Part shown: in pieces, positions 59,241 to 64,000 of the stretch
How positions within the stretch are numbered: position 1 is the stretch's first letter
Layout: every line of letters starts with the position of its first letter
Translations under genes and position numbers: made by a program
DNA from: an uncultured Alphaproteobacteria bacterium
Lineage (GTDB): Bacteria > Pseudomonadota > Alphaproteobacteria > Rhodobacterales > Rhodobacteraceae
Direction: 5' to 3'
Length of the DNA: 64,000 nt
NCBI GenBank assembly: GCA_902560505.1
Contig: CACELY010000001.1
Location: 14,800 to 78,799 of the forward strand
Notes under the pieces: model-generated
What the model saw: only the letters and a program-made list of their open reading frames with translations
The model's database searches: none
What the model was told of the DNA's origin: nothing

Positions 59241-60164
59241 GTGACAGAATCGAATACTAAGAAGAGTTTGAAAAAAAACAGTGATGGACCAAAAACATTG
59301 GGTTTTCACTTTAACTATGCCCTTATGTTGGCCGTAGTTAGTTTAGCATTATCAACAATAGCTTTAGGCTCTTTATATTTTATTTTTTTTGTTGAAATTA
59401 AAGATTTAAAATCTGAATTAAATTCTAAGTTGAACAAAAACACATTTTTCTCGGAAAGAGAGAAAATCATCAGTTCTAGTATCGAAGAGTTACAATCAGA
59501 AAAAGAATTTTTGCTATCAAGAATTAATATGGTCAACGACTTGGTTAAAAAGAATGCGAAAGATATAGAGTCAAAAATAAGCGCTGCTATTTCTGAAAAT
59601 GTGAAATACAAAACCGAAGATGAGACCCAACACCAAAGTGATATTAAAAATGAGGGATTGTTAAAAAACCAAATAGATAAGCTAGAAAATTTTCAACAAG
59701 CATATGAAAGCGATTTAGATGTATTGCAGAAACGAATATCACAGAACCAAGAGCTTATTGAAAATAACAAAAAGAGTTTATTAGTACTAAGAAGTTCCTA
59801 TCAGAATTTAGAGAAAAAACAGTCCTTAGAAATGAGTCGAGAGCTTTTGGTTTTAATAGAAGAATTCACCGAGATTTCTTATCGTGCTTTGAAAAACGAA
59901 ATAAACTCGCTTGAGAAACAAGACTGGACAGACTGGTTAACAGGTTATTTCAACACGATTTTTATATCTAGGTCTACTGAGCCTATTGAGGGTGATCACA
60001 CAGACGCAATACTATCCAGAATTGATGATTCATTAAAAAGCGGAAAGTTAGAAAACGCAAAAATTGAGATTAGTAAATTATCGTCAGAGACTAGAGCCTT
60101 AATGAAAGATTGGATTGGAAAGCTGGATAAGCTTATTGAAATGGAAGATCAGATAAATCAGTGA
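59241..60164 (+). CDS. alphaproteobacterial Mic60 (mitofilin)-like membrane protein
   Basis: 307 aa. One N-terminal TM helix (ALMLAVVSLALSTIALGSLYFIFFV), a long coiled-coil, and a C-terminal mitofilin-like segment (AILSRIDDSLKSGKLENAKIEISKLSSETRALMKDWIGKL). It sits in the hemC-hemD-X-hemY-like context. Confidence 0.65.
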   Translation: MTESNTKKSLKKNSDGPKTLGFHFNYALMLAVVSLALSTIALGSLYFIFFVEIKDLKSELNSKLNKNTFFSEREKIISSSIEELQSEKEFLLSRINMVNDLVKKNAKDIESKISAAISENVKYKTEDETQHQSDIKNEGLLKNQIDKLENFQQAYESDLDVLQKRISQNQELIENNKKSLLVLRSSYQNLEKKQSLEMSRELLVLIEEFTEISYRALKNEINSLEKQDWTDWLTGYFNTIFISRSTEPIEGDHTDAILSRIDDSLKSGKLENAKIEISKLSSETRALMKDWIGKLDKLIEMEDQINQ

Positions 60165-61594
60165 TTTGGGTATTTATAAAGGCAATATTTTTTTTCAGCA
60201 TTGCTATAGCACTAGCTGTTACATTTAATTTTGTAAAAGATACCGATGGGACATTAACGATTGACTTTCTTAATCGAGAATACCAGTTAAGTTTCATATC
60301 GTTTTTTGCCCTCATCTTAGCGCTCCTCTGTGTCGCTTTAATGATAAATATAGTCCTAAAGTTTTTATGGTCTTTGATCGGATTTTTGAGAGGAGATGAT
60401 ACAGCTCTAAAGAGGTTCTTTGAAAAAAGGTCAGAAAGAAAAGGACAAAGTATTTTACTCAGCGCATATACTGCTAGCTTTGAGGGAGATCATGAAAGAG
60501 CTTTATCAGAAATAAAGCGAAGCAAGAAATATCTCAAATCAAAATCTTTGCCGAACATATTATCTCTTAGCTCATATGACGCCAAAGGAAACGTGGCAAA
60601 ACAAGAAGAGATTTTTCAAGAATTAATTAAAGACAAAACGACACGGAGCATGGGGTTGTTTGGTCTTATAAAGATGAAACTAACTGAAGGGAATACAAGC
60701 CTAGCACTCAAACTGACAGAGCGGTTAATCAAGTTGAAACCCCGAAACCTATCATTTAATAAAACTTTTTTTAATCTCCAACTCACAGAGGGTGATTGGG
60801 ATGGAGCCTTAATGAGTTATAAAAATATTAATAAGATTAAAAGAATAGATAAAGAAACGTATAGCAAAGGAGAAAGTATTCTTTTATTTCAGAAAGCTAA
60901 GGAACTTAGATCAGATGGAAAGACGCTGGATGCCTTGAAGATGTCCAGGCAGGCATTAAAAAAATACGCGGGCCTCGTTCCAAATTCGATCTTTTTGTCA
61001 GAGCTAGAGGTTCTTGAAGGACAAAAAAAGAAAGCAGAAACAGCATTGTTAAGTACATGGAAAGTTATTCCTCACCCAGATGTAGCAAAAAAATTTGCAG
61101 AGATCGAGGCCAATGAAAGCGTTGATGATCGTGTAGAACGTTTCAAAAAGATTTTAAATGTTAAGAAGAGTGATGTGGAAACAAAAACCTTAAAAGCCGA
61201 ATTAAATATTCTTTCTGAAAATTTTCCTGAAGCGAGACGGGCTATAAGTGATCTAATCGAAACTGATCAAGCAAACGCTAAGGTCTATACCCTAATGGCT
61301 GCCATTGAAAAGGGAGTTGGATCATCAGATGCTGCTGTAAAGGGCTGGCTTGCAAAAGCCGTTACAGCTAAGCGATCAAAAAGGTGGATTTGCTCTAACT
61401 GTGAGAGTCAAAGCGAATGGGAACCCGTTTGTAAAAAATGCGGAGAGTTCTCAACGCTCGAATGGAGAGAAGAAAGATATGAAAACCTAGGAGGAAATGA
61501 TCAAAGTGAAATACTTCCCTTGATAATTGGAGAGAATAATTACAGCCCTGATATACAAGTAGACAAAGTTGAAATAGATGGTAATAAAGTTTGA
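60161..61594 (+). CDS. HemY N-terminal-domain/TPR membrane protein with C-terminal zinc ribbon
   Basis: 477 aa. Two N-terminal TM helices, TPR-like helical repeats, and C-terminal WICSNCESQSEWEPVCKKCGEFSTLEW (CxxC...CxxC). Confidence 0.7.
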   Translation: MIWVFIKAIFFFSIAIALAVTFNFVKDTDGTLTIDFLNREYQLSFISFFALILALLCVALMINIVLKFLWSLIGFLRGDDTALKRFFEKRSERKGQSILLSAYTASFEGDHERALSEIKRSKKYLKSKSLPNILSLSSYDAKGNVAKQEEIFQELIKDKTTRSMGLFGLIKMKLTEGNTSLALKLTERLIKLKPRNLSFNKTFFNLQLTEGDWDGALMSYKNINKIKRIDKETYSKGESILLFQKAKELRSDGKTLDALKMSRQALKKYAGLVPNSIFLSELEVLEGQKKKAETALLSTWKVIPHPDVAKKFAEIEANESVDDRVERFKKILNVKKSDVETKTLKAELNILSENFPEARRAISDLIETDQANAKVYTLMAAIEKGVGSSDAAVKGWLAKAVTAKRSKRWICSNCESQSEWEPVCKKCGEFSTLEWREERYENLGGNDQSEILPLIIGENNYSPDIQVDKVEIDGNKV

Positions 61595-61627
61595 GGCATC
61601 TTTGGATGTAATTAACAAATAGGTTGT

Positions 61628-62128
61628 ATGTTGTTTATAAAAATTTTCAGCACCACTGTCATAACTTTAATCATATCGATAAAAGCATTATTTTCGCAGA
61701 TGAGTGCTTTAAATTATGAAATTAGCAGCCTAGTTCGTCCCAACTGGGAATATGAATCCTTTTGGGCAATTCCACGAATTGGCGAAACTAAACCAATAGT
61801 GGCGATCAGCCTATTAGCTGGAAAAAATACTGTAAATGTTCGCTGCTTAGACCTTGAATATTTAGAAATAGAGAAAACCTTCAAACCTAAAACAAAATTA
61901 GAAAGAGAGTTTCTCCACAAGATTATGTGTAAATCTATTAATAGAGCCGTAAAAAATACAAATGGTCTTGATCAATTAATTCTTAAAACCGGTATGGATG
62001 AAGTTGGTCTGCGGTTTGATTTTTTAAACGGCTGGATTGAAATTGTACAAATTCCTGAACCCCCAAAACCAGATGAAGAGATGTATGAGATGGGTAGTGG
62101 GCTAGACCTTCATCAACAAAACACCTAG
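61628..62128 (+). CDS. hypothetical exported/membrane-anchored protein
   Basis: 166 aa. N-terminal hydrophobic segment. I recognise no motif. Coding status is inferred from ORF length and tight packing (33 nt after the previous gene, 4-nt overlap with the next). Confidence 0.5.
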   Translation: MLFIKIFSTTVITLIISIKALFSQMSALNYEISSLVRPNWEYESFWAIPRIGETKPIVAISLLAGKNTVNVRCLDLEYLEIEKTFKPKTKLEREFLHKIMCKSINRAVKNTNGLDQLILKTGMDEVGLRFDFLNGWIEIVQIPEPPKPDEEMYEMGSGLDLHQQNT

Positions 62129-63330
62129 ACACGTAAAATACTTTCGTTACCTTTAGAAGGAAATCTTGGTATCAATATCGCCACTACCAATGAAATAAAT
62201 GATAATACCGCAGCTAGGTAAAAAACAGCACTATTATTATGAACCCAGATATAGCCTAATAGAACTGGAAGAAATACAGCAGAAATATGGTTTATCGTAA
62301 AAGCTACAGCAGCGGTTGGAGCAAAATCCTCGCTATCTGCAATTTTTTGAAAATATGTTTTCATTGCAAAAGCCAACCCAAAAAACATATGGTCCGCTAT
62401 AAAAAGAATAGACGCGACAATGTAAGACCAATCAAAATAATATAGGCCGGCATAAAGAAGAAAAATAACCATAAGACCGAAGTATTCGACAATTAATGAA
62501 AGTCTTTCACCAAACTTTTCTATGAATTGCCCAATTAATGGTGCCATAAATATGTTGATTAAAAAGTTTGCTAAAAGGAGAAGTGTAATTTGGTGAACAT
62601 CAAAACCATATTTTTCAACCATCATAAAGCTTGCAAAAACAACAAATATTTGTCGCCTGGCTCCTGAAAAAAACTGTAGGGTGTAATAGACCCAATACCT
62701 CCGCTTTAGCACAATTGCTAAGCGCTGCTTTTTGCCAATTTGAAATTGTGGATAATAAAAAAAGCAAAAGATAACAATTAATAAGCACAATAAACCAGCA
62801 AAGAAATAAATGAAAAAATAATTAAAATTAAGATTAAGCCAAAGAATAATTATAGCGATATAAACAAAAAAGGCGGAACCCGATCCAGCCGCCACAATCC
62901 ATCCGATTGATGAAGGTGCTGTTTCTTTCTCAAGCCATTGCAATTGAAGTGATTGATTGACTGTCTCATAGTAATGAAATCCAATTGAACTTACCAATGT
63001 TGTGATGATCAATCCTTTAAAATCTGGAAAAAGAGCAGTAACTGCTACCGCCAACGCTAAAAGAGCTAGCGATATGTATGCAAGTCTTTGTTCGCTTATA
63101 AAAAACAAGATAAAGATAACACAGACAGCAAGAAACCCTGGTATCTCTCTTACACTTTGAAGCCAACCTATCTCGACGCCAGAAAAACTGGATACTTCTA
63201 TTACAAAATTATTAAGCAAAGCAACCCACGTTGAAAACGCTATGGGCATTGCTATAGCGAGTAAGATAAGTAATCCGAAAGGCTCTTTTGAAAAAGCTGT
63301 TTTTTTTAATATATTTAAGATATTAGGCAT
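62125..63330 (-). CDS. MFS-type transporter
   Basis: 401 aa. About 12 hydrophobic segments in a 6+6 layout, with a basic central loop (GKKQRLAIVLKRRYW). Confidence 0.6.
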   Translation of the reverse strand: MPNILNILKKTAFSKEPFGLLILLAIAMPIAFSTWVALLNNFVIEVSSFSGVEIGWLQSVREIPGFLAVCVIFILFFISEQRLAYISLALLALAVAVTALFPDFKGLIITTLVSSIGFHYYETVNQSLQLQWLEKETAPSSIGWIVAAGSGSAFFVYIAIIILWLNLNFNYFFIYFFAGLLCLLIVIFCFFYYPQFQIGKKQRLAIVLKRRYWVYYTLQFFSGARRQIFVVFASFMMVEKYGFDVHQITLLLLANFLINIFMAPLIGQFIEKFGERLSLIVEYFGLMVIFLLYAGLYYFDWSYIVASILFIADHMFFGLAFAMKTYFQKIADSEDFAPTAAVAFTINHISAVFLPVLLGYIWVHNNSAVFYLAAVLSFISLVVAILIPRFPSKGNESILRV

Positions 63331-63332
63331 TA

Positions 63333-63923
63333 ATGGAATTGGAAATGAATAACGATATTTTTATAAAAGTCAGTGAGCTATTGGAAAACGGGGCGAAAGA
63401 GAGAGATCATGATTTCCACATTATGACTTTTTGTACCATTGGAAAGGAGGGAGTGGAAGCAAGAAGTGTTGTTTTAAGAAATTTTGATAAAGATAAAAAT
63501 ATTATTCGTTTTCACACCGATTATAGAAGTCCAAAACTTAATGATATTAAGAAAAACCCAAACACAGTCTGCTTGGTATATAGTTATAAGCTGAAAACGC
63601 AGTTAAGGATAAAGACAATTTCTAGCATCCATTACGATGACTCAATATGGAATGATTCATGGGATAAGACAGGGCTCTCATCAAGAAAATGTTATTTAAC
63701 AAAATATGATCCTTCAAGCCACATTGAAGAAAAGGATGATGGTTTGCCTCTAGAGTTAAAGGGAAAGACCCCAACATCGGAACAGAGTGAAGAAGGAAAA
63801 AAGAATTTTTGTGTTGTCGACAATAAGATAACCGAAATAGATTATCTTTATTTAAAATCATCGGGCCACGAGAGAATGGTATTAGATTTTAACAATAATA
63901 AATCTAGCTGGATTGCACCTTAG
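63333..63923 (+). CDS. pyridoxamine 5'-phosphate oxidase-like FMN-binding protein
   Basis: 196 aa. Split-barrel pattern (MTFCTIGKEGVEARSVVLRNFD...IRFHTDYRSPKLNDIKKNPNTVCLVY...QLRIK). Confidence 0.6.
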   Translation: MELEMNNDIFIKVSELLENGAKERDHDFHIMTFCTIGKEGVEARSVVLRNFDKDKNIIRFHTDYRSPKLNDIKKNPNTVCLVYSYKLKTQLRIKTISSIHYDDSIWNDSWDKTGLSSRKCYLTKYDPSSHIEEKDDGLPLELKGKTPTSEQSEEGKKNFCVVDNKITEIDYLYLKSSGHERMVLDFNNNKSSWIAP

Positions 63924-64000
63924 ACTAGAGACCGCATATATATTTCACCATTTATCATTACGGTTTTTAAAGAGGGGCATTCAACGTTGTTTTTGTCTGC
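63920..64000 (-). CDS. possible 3' end of an unidentified gene entering from beyond the window
   Basis: The minus-strand frame is open from the window edge (ADKNNVECPSLKTVMINGEIYMRSLV*). It ends at TAA 63922..63920, a 4-nt convergent overlap of the kind seen elsewhere in this window. The fragment is too short to identify. Confidence 0.3.
   Translation of the reverse strand, partial: ADKNNVECPSLKTVMINGEIYMRSLV

Noticed and set aside
1-64000. Search for mobile elements, CRISPR arrays, defence islands, toxin-antitoxin pairs, prophage remnants and RNA genes
   Set aside because: I found no integrase or transposase-like ORFs, no spaced direct-repeat arrays and no tRNA or rRNA-like GC-rich segments. 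Every gap over 100 nt is accounted for as a divergent promoter region, the candidate oriC or a convergent spacer. The window reads as core chromosome.

Overview
This window is a visibly AT-rich, very gene-dense stretch of a streamlined alphaproteobacterial chromosome. The style is Pelagibacterales-like, but the lineage is inference only and I did not compute exact GC. I count about 64 protein genes, most separated by fewer than 30 nt or overlapping. I see no rRNA, tRNA, mobile element, CRISPR, toxin-antitoxin or defence module.

Gene content is almost entirely housekeeping:
- leuC fragment, rlmN, two L,D-transpeptidases, queG, mtgA, gltBD, uppP
- lptCAB-ptsN, dnaKJ, mutS, grpE, rph-rdgB-hemW
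- parBA-rsmG-mnmG-mnmE-rho-hemE, aroE-coaE-dnaQ, secB, hslVU
- rimP-nusA-infB, rsmB, purH, ahcY, tsaD, hemCD
- a Mic60-like plus HemY-like pair

The window is centred on the classic alphaproteobacterial origin-proximal gene string. I propose the hemE-aroE gap (36503..36785) as oriC. It holds a perfect DnaA box and an extremely AT-rich block. Two consensus parS palindromes lie in or next to rsmG and mnmG.

The observations most worth a second look are:
- parA and hemD both lack any ATG/GTG/TTG upstream of indispensable N-terminal motifs. They appear to initiate at AUC/AUA and AUU, and hemD has a perfect Shine-Dalgarno.
- An intrinsic-terminator-like hairpin sits directly on the annotated rimP start.
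- Several conserved strings appear shortened: no rpoN/hpf between lptB and ptsN, no hrcA upstream of grpE, and hslVU docked 7 nt behind infB.

I did not find a convincing novel multi-gene system. The findings are local sequence-level oddities in an otherwise ordinary core region.
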